From Ginglymostoma cirratum (Eukaryota): DNA of 64,000 nt. The position numbers and the translations under genes are program-made. The stretch spans positions 4,941,931 to 5,005,930 of the forward strand of contig JAHRHZ010000056.1 of the NCBI GenBank assembly GCA_024137785.1, in the 5' to 3' direction. Shown here in pieces: positions 39,001-52,310 of the stretch. The stretch's first letter is position 1, and every line of letters starts with the position of its first letter. The notes beneath the pieces are model-generated. The model worked only from the letters and a program-made list of their open reading frames with translations, searched no databases and had not been told where the DNA came from.

Positions 39001-42000
39001 ACAGAAGTGATGAGCTGTGGGCACCAACTGGTTCTCCAATGTAGCTTGGAGGGCAGGACTTCAGAAATATAGACTGGGCCAGATGCCAAGCCAAAGCAAA
39101 ATGGTCAAGCCCAGAGGAGACCCTTCCTGCTTCAAAGAAATAAAAATGGAAAAAAAATGCTGAGTTAATAAAGAGAGGAACTCAGCAGGTCAGACAGCAT
39201 CTGTGGAGATTGAAACAGAGCAAATGTTGGGAGTCCACCAGCACTCTTCTTGAAAACTTAGTTTTGATTTCAGATTTCCAGCATCCAGAGAATTTTGTCC
39301 TTTTATTCTTATCTTTTTGTTGGCAGTTCCAGCTGTCCCTTTGAAGGCCACTGCCAAACTAGACAGAGCATGTGGGTGACATGTTCTGCCCAATTTTAGT
39401 TGGTAGCTAATTTCAACGTTCAGGCTCTACTTTGCAAATACTAGTCATTAATCATCCAATTCAGCAGCTGAAATACTTCGGGGGAACATCAGGCACAGAG
39501 AGATCTGACTCAAGACACATCCATACAAACTCATTTTTTTTTGTCTAAAATAACCAAGAGTCAGGATTTCGCCAAAACCGTTAGCTCGATTTCACGTTTC
39601 TACTAAGGTACAAGTACATCAGCTCCTGTCTGACATTGCATTAAGATGTAATTTCTAGATGTAATTTCTAATTAAAAGTAATTTCTAGGCAAGACCCCAT
39701 ACTCATCAGCTCAAGCCCACCACCAAAACCCACCTGGTTAGTGTGGTGGGGCTACTTATTCAGAAGCACTGACAAATTAGTAAAAGTCTTGCACACATGA
39801 AATTCCTGGGTCCAAGCCAAAATACTTATTCCCTCACCTTTTAACAGTAAAATTCCACTGGTGATGAACGATGAATATAAGAGTTGTTTGTTGCAATGTT
39901 CCACCTATATAACCTTTCTACCCATGAATACAAGCTAGGGCAGGTTGCTAGCTGTCACTGTTTGTCACGCATACAATTCATGGTTTTCTGAGAAATACAA
40001 GATGTAAAAACAAACTCCACATATTACAGCAGCATTTGCATGGCTGCAGTACAAAGAGAAATTACTTTTCTTTTAAGTCTGTTATCGTAAAGGAAGAATG
40101 TTCTGCTGAGGAATTTATTTTGAAGGCATGGTCTTAAACAATTAAGTCTCGATTCAAAGAGGGCCCTAGGGACACCTAGGAATGGTTATTTTACTGTAAT
40201 TGCTACAGCGTGAATGCGATGTTTCCTTAATTTACATTGTCTTTGAGTAGAACCAAACTATTTAACCTCCCATGCCCTCTACAGCATAAAGTGTCCACAA
40301 TATTGGGAACATTTTCCAGAATTGAATGCCCTCTCTGATAAAGAACCTGCAGGGATTTTGCAGCCTATAGGTTGAGTTTCCCTCTGTATTTCAGGGAAGG
40401 AAAGAAGACTGTGGCCTGGACGTTTTGTCACAATGGAGAGCCACTCCATTGTGACAACAATGGTGACAAGCCCCGAAACCGGAGGCTCCTTCCCTTAAAA
40501 ACAGCACTTTTCAACTTTGTCAGGGTCGAATCGGTCAGGATTCGTGCGCGTGCAGTTCACTGAAACTATTGGCCACATGAATGATCAACAGGCTCCACAA
40601 AAGTGGGATTTTGGTAGGCTTTGTGCACAGATTGGCAAGAGATGCACTGAACATTGTGCGTTTCTTTGAATGAACAGGGTGCCCCTTTCAAGAGGTACCC
40701 CTTTTGATCAGGTCTCCAGACACCTTTACAGGGCATAAAGGGTCCTATGATGGAGGTCAGGTACCCTGTGAAACAGTTAAAGGCAGGCATTAACGTGCAA
40801 AACAAAAAGTGCATAAACTCACAACAAACCTATCAAAATCAAGTTTCAAAAGCACCTGTAACAGGGACTTATCAAAAGCTTTAAGAAAATTTGTCAATGG
40901 GATGCATCAGTAGGAGCTGTTAAACTGTCAAGGCATTTAAACATCGTGCCTCTTAAATCTGTGAAAAATGTTTGGAGCGTTAACTTTTTTTTTACTATTT
41001 CCCATTGTTTGTCGTCACAAGCCTGGGGTCTCCTATTGCTGGATTACTCCGGCATGATTGAATTCACAACCATCCCTCATCACTGTAGAGTGCCTGTTAT
41101 TTCACAGTTTGATAGTTAGAAAGTCTCCTAGACTCTGAGGTGGGGCTATGAATTCCAGTGCTAGCTGTTGCAAGGGATTACGCACTTGAATCAAATGTCT
41201 TTTTGTTATAAAGTCTTTATTCAGTTGAAGGAACGTAATTATAACAAGCGGAGTGTTTTGAATGAGAGCTTTGTTTTCCCCCCCAATCTAATGAATTTTG
41301 CAATAGACACTTCGAATTTTATTCAATCTGACCTCTGTGTGGGTCCTGAGGTGTGTCTTTGGGGAAGTTAGCATGGCAGGTGTGAGGAGATTGCTGGGAT
41401 GTATGAGGGGCCATATGGATTGGTTTCAACATCATATGGAGAATGTAGTGTCTACAGGGCATGTGAGAGGTGAGAGTTTTTATCCTCCACATTGTGTGTC
41501 CGGCCCAACTCTGCACCCACAGCCTCCTCAATATCCTCCCTGAATCTAAATCAGCAACTGCACCCTCCAATCCCCAATCCCAGCTATCTCCATTACGATT
41601 GGACTCATGATGCTGGGAAATCTCTGTGCACCTGACCTGGGAGCATAAATCCACAGCAGTGTCTGTACTTTGAGGAGCAAACAGGTTTTTATGGCTAACT
41701 AGGTTTATTTGATATTGTGATGCAAACAGGTTTTTGGGGCTCCTCTCTCAAAAATATATTCCTCATACAGCAGTAAGATTTAACAGACACAAGAATCACT
41801 ACAGCATGTTTTGGCTTCACGCAATAAAAGATTAATTTGTGTCTCTCATGCCAGGTAATAATTCATTATGGACCCCACAAGATGGCATATGAAGCAGACA
41901 AGAAAAATTAATTTGCAGCAAACCTGCATTGGGAATAGTTAAAACAGCTCGCATAATTGCCTTGCTAAAAATTATTCCCAGGAGGCATTCAGATTCGGTC

Positions 42001-42682
42001 TCTGTTAACCCCTTTAACAGAACCCTGGCTTTATGGCTGTGGTTAATGTTTGATATTTGTTAGATATTTACAGAAGTCAGTTTATGCACAAGATGAATAA
42101 CATCTGTTCACATGATGTTCACCTGTTTAAAATGCAGGGAAGTTGGGGGGTGGGGAAGAGAGAAAAAAACACTACCCACTGTACAACAAGAAAATGAGCC
42201 CTGAAAATCTGAGGCAGTATGAGGTAGTGGGGAAGGTCCACACTAGTTCTCCCAAATTCATTATCATCTCTGAGTAAAGCAGAACTTGATATATTAAACA
42301 AAATAGGTTATGTTGCTTATTGCTCTCTTACTAAAACAGAAACCATCTACATTACACACCTGTTGGCATAATTCACTGTTTTGTGTGATTTCAAGGACAA
42401 AAATCAAGGTTCTTTAGGATGGCTACCACACTGAACCAATGTTGAGAGACTCAGCTTTCTAATGAGCTGTCGTAATTCTAGACATGGAGGTGACTGTGAG
42501 TCAATTGTATATTGATGGAGATTTCATGCAGCCTTCCACTGCTCAGTCCCAACCAATTACACTCTCCAATTATATTCTATACTTATGGTAGGGCATCACT
42601 TAAATGTAATGAAAATTACGCGCTAGGAGTAGCATGAAAAAAACTGCACCATCCTTTATGAGAACGTATAATGACTTGTATA

Positions 42683-42845
42683 AAACAAAGTGCTGGAAAT
42701 ACTCAGCAGGCCTGGCAGCATATGTGGAGTGAGAAATAGAATCAATGTTTGATTCACAAGACTTCTTCAGAACTGTAATGTTTCTTTCTCCACAGATGCT
42801 TCAAGGCACGCTGAGCACTTCCAACACACTGTTTTTATTCCAGAC
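42683..42845. mobile_element. Degraded Penelope-like fold-back element
   Basis: gtgctggaaatactcagcaggcctggcagcatatgtggag ... ctccacagatgcttcaaggcacgctgagcacttccaacac form inverted arms. Similar degraded copies at ~26620-26700, 38676-38800, 39156-39310, 59283-59440 and 61190-61283. Confidence 0.6.
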
Positions 42846-43089
42846 AGTATTTTACTCTTATTTGTGTACATTCATTAGTAATTGGTTAATGAACACCAAG
42901 CTTGTCTTAAGCAGGTACACCTGTCAGAATTGCAAATGTGTGTTAATCTAGTCTATTGTGTACTTTTCAAGTGGTATCCTGAATTCTGTGGAACCCATCA
43001 TATAATTATAAATGCCAGGACCTCCTGCTATTCATGATTAATCCCACTGAGCTCCCAGTCAGAAGGTCAAGTGAAAGATTTCATGCGCA

Positions 43090-43403
43090 GAGATAATAGG
43101 AACTGCAGATGCTGGAGAATCTGATATAACAAGGTGTAGAGCTGGATGAACACAGCAGGCCAAGCAGCATCATAGGAGCAGGAAATCTTGACGTTTCGGG
43201 CCTAGATCCTTCATCAGAAATGGGGGAGGGGAAGAGGGTTCTGAAATAAGTAGGGAGAGAGGGGGAGGCCGATGGAAGATGGATAGTGGAGAAGATAGGT
43301 GGAGGGGAGACAGACAAGTCAAAGAGGCGGGGATGGAGCCAGTAAAGGTGACTGTCCGCCTCCCCCTCTCTCCCTATTTATTTCAGAACCCTCTTCCCCT
43401 CCC
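43090..43403 (-). mobile_element. Penelope-like element end with internal inversion, TSD and hammerhead core
   Basis: TSD agatttca(t/g)gcgca at 43076-43089 and 43404-43417. Segment ~43357-43403 is the reverse complement of ~43223-43270. Minus-strand CTGATGA-AGGATCTAGGCCC-GAAACGTC at 43217-43190. Confidence 0.8.
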
Positions 43404-46400
43404 AGATTTCAGGCGCAATTCATTTCTCTCTGAATCCAGGGCACCAGTCCCATCACCATGTGTGCTTTCAGGGTCTGAAAATAGGAATTTGCCTTAAATA
43501 AATTACTGGTTGCTTTGTATTAATATAGTCTTGTAATATTACTTTGCTGTGACAATCAGAGGTTAATTTTATATTGCCCAAATGCAAAATAATTACAGAC
43601 AACGGAAAATTAAGGTTAGTATACCCAATGACACTTGGAAAGCTGTTTTTTCTTTGGCTTTATCCTGTACTGTTTGTTCAGCAAGCATATTGTGGATGTA
43701 GAAACAGGAGGTAGGGTATTCAGTCCACCAGGTCAGTTCTGCCATTCTATCACAACATGGCTGGTTTGTCCCTCAACTCTGTCCACCTATTGTAGAAATG
43801 AAATTATACATTTTATGATAATCTTATTCTAGCGACTTCTACAGTGGGTGCCTAGGTGCAGTGAGCTATGGTCTTAGGTTAGTAAGTGGTTCTGCAAATT
43901 ACAAATTAAATTTCTTAAAGTATGGTGATCTATAGTTTACACCTCTAATGTTCTCAGAACTAATTAGTCATCTGATGTCACCTCCATCTGGGGGTGAAAG
44001 TTAGCAGGAATATAACAGGGACAAAGCAAATCACCAGCTGAATTTTTTTAGTGTCTATATTTGAACTTATATTTTCAATTTTAATTTCAAATCAAGTAAA
44101 AGGGGACAGTGAGACAGGAAATTAATCAATCAACTAAGTATGAACTAATGTTCGGTGAATTTCAGTGCAGAGAAGATAGGGTGAATTGAAACAAAAAATA
44201 AAAGCAGATACTGATTTGTTCTGAGCCTGTTTTGTACTGATAGCACAGGTCATTCTACCTCGTTAAATTACAAACATTGAACTTGCATTTAGTTGGATTA
44301 AACTATAAATCAATGGCCAGGTTTTCCTTTGCTATGGTGCACTACGCATTTTCAACCACCTGAGTAAAAATAAAGAGGAGACTCAGCCATGGAGAAATGC
44401 CAGTTTGTCAGGAAGTCTGCCTGATTATCCTCCTGAAGGATAACACAGTCAGGGCATAAGTGATAATGAGCACGATTTTGCACAGATCCTTCTTTGACTT
44501 TGTCCTTACAAGCCTACAAAATTGTTTTCTTTCCCCAAGCAAAATGTTTTAGATAATTAACATGAATGCACTTTGAAATCTGAAATTGTAATTGAACTGC
44601 TCACACAGTGCTGCACTGAGGAAGGACCTGCAGTCTCCAACTGCACAGCACATCTGTTTAATAAATTAAGCATAACATCATCTGTCTTCATTACAGCAGT
44701 TGTGCCTTATGCCATTTTACTGTCCTCAAATTAATGACACAAAGGTAGATGGTCAAGCATGCCTGAGATGGAGATGCTGATGAGGAATGAAAAGAAGCCT
44801 CAACGGAAATAGAGAAAAAGATCAAGTGATGGTTCAAAAAGGGTTACAAAAGACAATGGTGGTCTGGTATTACGACTTTCATGGGAATACTGAGGTTGAA
44901 AGAGACAGCATTTTTTTTAAAGCACCCTGCCCTGAGTTAACGGATTTCGATTTAATTAATTTTAAAACTCAACAATTAAAACTTGCCTTACTACCCCTTG
45001 GTGATGAAAGGAGAGCAAAGGAAGGAAAAGGAATTCCAGATCTGGTCTGCAATTTTAGTGATCCCGAATGAGAATTGAATTTATGACTTCACAAAAGAAC
45101 AGGAAAGGGCTAGACTACATTGCCCTTGACCAAAGAGCTGATATTCATTGTCTTGGTTTATATACATTGCCCAAGCATTTGAATGAAGTACTGAAGGGCT
45201 GCATGTGCTGTGGAAAAATCGCAATATTCAGGATATTTCAAGGAATAAATCTGAAAATAAAAATAACACAATACTCCTAGAAATAGAGGTATTTTAGAGT
45301 TAAAGTAAGTCCTTTTTTAACAGTGTGACAAAGAACATTTCTCAAATCTTTACAACAAATTATACTGGACAATGATAGGACAATTTACTGTAACATGAGA
45401 ATAAATTGGCAGATAGGAGTATTGATAAGATCTCTATTACTTTTGAGTTCATGTCATTGATGCCAACACAACTTCTAGACATGCAGAAACTGTAGTCTTT
45501 CTGATGCTCATGTGGCTGTACCTTGTTTGGAAAATAGTGGGTCTTTACATGTCTATACAAAGGTTTGGAAGAACATATTAAATGGAGCTCTTTAACATAC
45601 ACTTCTCCTCAACCAAAAGGCCCACAGGAAAAGTTAACTAGATATTGTCCAATGCTGAAAATTAAAAAGTAAAATTAGATTAATAAACAAAATCAGAGAA
45701 TCCATAATCATTCATGGCCTATTGTAGTTTAAGTCAAAATCTTGGTGGGCCACCAAACCCAGTGGGCAAAACTGGGGCGAAGTCCTCAACTATATTCACA
45801 AGCAACAATAGGCATGTCTTTGTCATAAATTTGCAATCAGAAAATCAAGGGCTTTTTCCATGATTGTAGGGTTGTTAGTGCTCAACCTAAGTTTCCAATT
45901 TCAAGGAGCGAATATGGAGGAGGGTTTTGGTTCCTTTTAGCTTAGGTTGTAATCCAAAAAGGACAACAAGAAGAGGCATAGCAAACAAACTGGCACAGGG
46001 AATTTGTGCAATTTGAGGTTACTATGATGTAATCTCAGTTCTCTTCCATCTATTCAGAATGAACAAGTATAATCACGTCATCTTAAGTACAAGTTCACTT
46101 CTGTCCAACAGCTTTGGATAACATATGTGCAATAACTTTGGAAGCTTTATTCAGGTTCCAAGCAAAAGTGTAATATTTCCATTTTAACTAACATGTTTAT
46201 TCCACACTAGTACAAAAGCTGTTGACATGTATAGTACAGTAACTTGTTTCCAATAAATCTAGACATTATTTATAACTGGGCTTCTGTGATTAAACCTTCA
46301 AGCTCTTTTACTTAATTGTACTTTAATAATTACACAAACAAAATCAGCTTTCCTTGACACCGCACATCATTTATATTACAAAGTCAAGTTACAGAATTGA

Positions 46401-47135
46401 CATTGCAATTTATACAACAACCTTGACAGTAGAGGGGGAAACATATTTGAGAAATCAGGAATAAGGGAGGAGGATACGGACACTTAATTAAACTGAGGTC
46501 AGACCCTAATATAAGATATGCTAGTGTTTACACAACAATTAAATGTGGCACATGTTATTTGGAAGCCTATGACCTCCATGTTGTACTTTCCTTCATTTTG
46601 CTTTTCCTGGTATGAAGATTATTGGAGGCCAGAGACACAGGATTGACTGGGACAAGGAAATTTTTAAAAAAAGTATCTGTAGTTTTAAGAGTATATCCAT
46701 GTGTCTCCAACGAAATACATGTCTCCAAAACTACTGAGGCACCCAAGGTCTCATGCCACGTTATACCACGCAGACCATTTACGGGAATGCTACCAGACCA
46801 CCATTAATAGCACGCTCAGAAGTGGCTGTGGTGAGCTTATTGATCCTGGAAGGAAAACGGGTGCTTCATTTGTAAGATCATCACGTTTAGCACAGCAAAT
46901 GTAACAGGGCTCTGCAAAGTCATTAGAGGAAATTCACAGAAGCAGATATGAAGTTACTCAATGTATCCACATATCATTGCTCAACGTATATTTGAACAAC
47001 AATTTGCTAAAAACTGGATGATGTTGATATTACCCAACCAATAAACCATTATTGATGCTTTATGATCACCAGCATGAATAGAGAATATTAGATATTGCAA
47101 TATTACAGTTGTGAGCCGTGAGACTATGATGGTCA

Positions 47136-47306
47136 NNNNNNNNNNNNNNNNNNNNNNNNNNNNNNNNNNNNNNNNNNNNNNNNNNNNNNNNNNNNNNNNN
47201 NNNNNNNNNNNNNNNNNNNNNNNNNNNNNNNNNNNNNNNNNNNNNNNNNNNNNNNNNNNNNNNNNNNNNNNNNNNNNNNNNNNNNNNNNNNNNNNNNNNN
47301 NNNNNN
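47136..47306. other. Assembly gap
   Basis: Run of N. Confidence 0.99.
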
Positions 47307-47446
47307 TATATTGCACAGACACAGACACACCCTTTCCCCGGCAGTATTTTGACAGTCAGCACAACTGAAACTAGACAACTAACTAACATGTGGACCCTCA
47401 CAAGAATTGTTCTATCATCAGATCTTAGACAGATGGAGAAACCTAC

Positions 47447-49680
47447 TTTTTTTTAATTCACCCATTAGACACGCATGTCACTGGCTAGCCTGAGGAACTC
47501 CTAAAAGAAATGTCCTAGAGCTGAGATAACTGATCTCCAACAACCACAACCATCTTCCTATGTACCAGCTATGACTCCAACCAGCAGAGAGTTTGCCCTG
47601 ATACCCGCTGATTTCAGTTTTGCTAGGGCTCCTTGATGTAATGCTCAGTCAGATGCAGCCTCGATATTAAGGGTAGTCACTTTCACCTCACCTCTGGAAT
47701 TCAGCTCTTTTGTCCATGTTTCAACCGAGGTGTAATGAGGTCAGGAGTTGGTGGTCCTGGTGGAACCCAAACTGGACATCACTACATCACTAAGCAGGCT
47801 ATTTCTGAGCAGGTGCTGCTTGATAGCACTGTTGATGACATCTTCCATCACACTTTACTGATGACTGGCAGTAAACTGATGGGGCAGTAATTGGTTGTTA
47901 GATTTCTCCTGCATTTTGTGTACAGGACATACCTGGGCAATTTTCCACATTGTCAGGTAGATGTCAGTGTTGGACTTGTACTGGAAGAGCTTGGCTAGGG
48001 GAGTGGCAAGTTCTGGAACAAAAGTCTTCAGTACTATTGCCAAAATGTTGTCAGGGCCCATAGCCATTGCAAAATCCAGTGTCCAACCTTTTTTGGATAG
48101 TATGTAGGGTGAATCGAACCGGCTGAAGACTGATATCTGTAATGCTGGGGACCACTGTGGGAGGCCAAGATGGATCATCCACTTGGCACTTCTGGCTGAT
48201 GATTGCTGAAGTGCTTCAGCATGATCTTTTGCACGGATACATTGGGATATTCCATCATTGAGGATGGGGAGATTTAGCCTCATCCGGGGAGTTGTTAAAT
48301 TGTCCACCACTATTCACAACTGGACGTGGCAGGGCTGCAAAGTCTGTCAGTTACTGCTTTTGCAGTTTGGCACATAGGTAGTCCTGGTTGGTAGCTTCAC
48401 CAGGTTGACACCACATTTTTAGATATACCTAGTGTTGCTCCTGGCATGCCCTCCTGCATTCTCCTTTGAACTAGGGTTGTTCCCCCGGTTTGATGGTAAT
48501 TGAGTGGGGGCTATGCTGGGCCATAATGTTATATATTGTGCTAGAGTGCAATTCTGCAGCTGCTGATGGCCCACATTGCCTCATGGATGCCTAGTCTTGA
48601 GTTGCTAGGCCTAACCCTATCACAGGTGAAGTCTGTCCCATTTATCATGGTGATAGTGCCACACAACATGATGAAGGTTATTCTCAATGTGAAGGCAGGA
48701 CTTTGTTTCCATAATGACCATGCAGTGGTCACTCTTACCAATACTATCACAGACAGATGCTTCTGCAGCTGACAGATTTGACCTGACAGAAATCAAGTAT
48801 GTTTTTCTCTCTCGTTGGTTCTCTCACCACCTGCTGCAGACTCAGTCGAGCAGCTATGTCCTTTAGACCAGCTCGATCAGTAGTACTGCTGCTGAGCCAT
48901 TCTGGGCGGTGGACATAGAATGTACTCCGGATAGGGCATTTCAGTGTCCTTTCCACCATCAGTACTTCCTCCAAGTGTTGTTCAACATGGAGGAGTAGCG
49001 ATACATCAGCCAAAGGAGGGTAGTGGATGGTAATCGGCAGTAGGTTTCCTTGCCATGTTTAACCTGAAGCCATGAGACTTCATGAGGTCCGCCGTCAATG
49101 TTGAGGACTCCTCGATCAACTCCCTCCCGAATACACACCACTGTGCTGCCGCGTCTGTCTTGCAGATGGGACAGGACATATCCAGAGATGGTGATAGTGG
49201 TGTCTGTAAGGTATGATTCAATGAGTGCGAGTATGTCAGGCTGTTGCTTGACCAGACTGTGACACAGCTCTCCGAATTTTTGCACTAGCCCCCAGAAGTT
49301 AATAAGGAGGGCTATTTCTGCCATTGTTGTCTTTTCCAGTGTCTAGGTCGATGCAAGTGGTCCATTTCTTCATTGAGACTTCGTAGGGATTGATGCAACT
49401 GAGGGGCATGCTAGGCCATTTCAGAGGGCAGTTGAGAGTCAACCATATTGCTGTGGATCCGGAGAGTCACATGTAGGCCAGACCAGGCGAGGATGGCAGA
49501 TTTCCATCCCTGAAGGACATTAGTGAGCCAGATGGGATTTTCTGACAATGGTTTCAAGGTCATCAGTAGATTCTTAATTCCAGATATGTGTGGAGGCAGA
49601 TTCAAACTTGGCTCCCCAGAACATTAGCTGAGTTTCTGAATTAAGAGGCTAGTGATAATGCCACTAGGCCATCGCCACCT
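47447..49680 (-). mobile_element. Internally deleted CR1-clade LINE (APE endonuclease + RT N-half) with tRNA-like 5' head and 3' tail
   Basis: Minus frames give GLVQKFGELCHSLVKQQPDILALIESYL (endonuclease) and AMGPDNILAIVLKTFVPELATPLAKLFQY...WKIAQVCPVHK (RT). tRNA-like head at ~49600-49680; tail ggctagccagtgac...gaatt followed by an A-run at ~47447-47490. Confidence 0.88.
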
Positions 49681-52214
49681 TACTTCAGTAATAAGAGCAA
49701 GGAAGGTTACATTTGTAAAGCTGAACTGCTTATTTTCCCAGCATTTTGTAGTTATATCATTAAAGCAACTTTGTATGAACATTTTTTGGCTGACTCTGGA
49801 AAGTCAGTCTTCCCCAGTGTTTGGAAATGGTTCCTGCACAACTTGTTATCCAGCCAATCAGGATTCAAAGGGGTGAAATTTTAAAAACATTGCATTTACA
49901 CAACTGTGACAAGTTGAGAGACAACTACCATGAGTGGATATAATGTGCAAAGACAGGCTCTTATGCTGCAGTGACAAACCCTGCCTCTGGGCCAGAAGGT
50001 CTGTGCTCAAGTCCCACCAGCCCAGAGGTGTGTCATAACCTGTCCAAAAATTCTTTTAAATTTAATTTATAACAGGCACAGAAATGTAAAGTCTTGTGAC
50101 AATTGAAGTTAAATGGTAATATCAGTATCACCAATGTTTTCCTGTCCAGATGTATGGGTGGAATCATAGAAAAGACAGCATAAAGGAGGCCATTCAGCCA
50201 TCATGTCTGTGACAGCTCTTTGAAAGACCTCTTTAGTTGGGTTCATTTGCCTGCCTGTTCCCTCCTTCAAAGGTTAAGAATCAACTTTGTCTTTGGAACC
50301 AATAAAAGGAATAGTCTTACTGATATACATTAACAAAAAAACTTTTACAACACACAAATAAACGTTGCAGCTTGTTCATATGAGAGACTTTGAACAGAGG
50401 TTACAGAGTTGACTGTTCTAGGTCAATGCAAGAACTTCATCCACTGAAAATGTGTAACGCCAATGTACGTTTTCAGACTGGTAAAAGCTATTTTATCGAG
50501 CCTGTTAAATTATAGCACCCCTCTAATTTGCAAGAAGGCAATTGCTCTTAAATTTCAGTCAGCTTTACACAATTGATCTGCAGTGGTTTCCTAGGACTAA
50601 TACAGAAGGTGATAGTTGATATAAAGCTGGATCAGGAACACACAAAGTCCAGCTCCTTTTGAAGGAAAATCAAAAGGTTAATAAGGGAAACTGGTCAGTG
50701 ACACTCAATGCAACTTTAGTTGTTTTTTTACTGTCCTTTGGCTCCTGGCTCTGACGTCACCTGCAGTCCAAAGCTTAGGCTAAGAATACCCACTTCCTTT
50801 TACCGCTTGGGTCTTACTGCGTGGTCGCATCCTGACTGTGCCTTATAAAAAGCGCTGCACTGCATCTGCCCAATGATACATGTATCTTGCACACTAATAC
50901 CACTAGTTAACAATGCCTGCTGAGAACTGTGTCGTGACATAGTGATCAGTATGTCATGATCATGTTCCACATGTGCATCTCTTCTGCTGGCACACAGGGC
51001 ACTAACAGTACATTTAAAGATTCAGAACAGCTGTATATTCAGTCACTTTCTCTTTGATGTAGCTTGTAGCACAAAAGGCCCTAGTGAAAGCTGTAGACAG
51101 TAAGTTTGACATATCCTAATCCAACCATTTGAAGGAATTTAATCTTGTACAATATGATTTTAAAGCTTCCATAATTCTGAATATTAAACTCTTCACAAAA
51201 CGTTAGTTTTGCATTTAAACTGATACCTCCATTTGCACCACTATGATTCCTAGAGACAGATTTTCCACAGGGACTCTTCTGATCTTTGATTGTAATTTTG
51301 ATGTAAAATCATTGAAAACCTTGGAAAAGCTGAAACAAAAGGGTATTAAATCTGACGGCGAATAATGCCACTTGAGATTATTTTTATGACAATAACATTG
51401 TTAAAGTCATCAACCGATCCAGAAATTAGACTTGGGATAAAATGACAAGATTACCAGTTGTGGACATCTAAATAGAACAGAATCAAAAACATTTCAATGG
51501 CAAAATACATGTTACTGAATTAACCATGGAGCCCTCGCATTATCATCAATAGAAGTACTGACTGCAAGGAGTTCAATTTGAGTGTAGTATTGTTTAAACG
51601 GTCAGAAAAGAAAACTAAGGTGCCAGGAATAGCAAATCTAAAAATCTAATCCTTTTTTCCCCAAGTCATGCTCCCCAAAGCATGGTGAGGGTGTTTGCAA
51701 CTTAATTCAAGATAAACACTTTCCAACTACTTTTTAAATATCCATTGCAAGCAGGGAAGCAAATACTGTGATAGCAGTGTCTTCAAGATATATTCAATGC
51801 AGGTGGCTGGCACAAGGTCAAAGACCAGGGATAGCAATGTGTCAAAGACTGAAATGTGCAGATTAGCTGCTGCCTACAGTTTAATTTCCCTCAACAGGAA
51901 ACTGGCTAAGTAACTGACTCAATAATGTTCAAGACACAGCAACTGCAGTTTTGCAATGAGGATAAGTGCAATATTACTAAAACATTTGGCACTTTATTAT
52001 CATCCTGGAACATACAATGGGCTGACCTCATACTATCATCAGAAAGAATGATCAAATGACACAGCATTTATCACAAAACAGTACTGACAGAGGTTATATA
52101 AATTGTAAAGCTTGCCTAAGTTTTAAACACAAAAAGGGAAAAACCTTAACATGAAGTCTTAGAAATTTCCCTAAAGGATTTGCATGATCTTAGCTTTCAA
52201 GATACTTTCTACTT

Positions 52215-52310
52215 AATCTGTTCAGAGATGTAATGACATGTCTGGAGCAGGTGGGACTTGAACCTGGACCTCCTGGCTCAGAGGTACCTACCACTGCACC
52301 ACAAGAACCC
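52215..52310 (-). mobile_element. Short (~100 bp) tRNA-like SINE
   Basis: Minus strand gggttcttgtggtgcagtggta...ggtccaggttcaagtcccacctgctccaga. Related copies at 35400-35495 (-), 36403-36498 (-), 36602-36695 (+) and 49955-50045 (+). Confidence 0.7.

Noticed and set aside
39646-39690. Short tandem repeat of gtaatttcta (three copies)
   Set aside because: Ordinary local slippage duplication. It has no spacer structure and is not CRISPR-like; the DNA is eukaryotic.
46981-47401. ORFs containing X runs (also 59587-60039)
   Set aside because: Artefacts of reading through N gaps.
35400-52310. tRNA-like sequences as true tRNA genes
   Set aside because: A/B-box remnants only; the copies are diverged with no complete cloverleaf, so they are treated as SINE heads.
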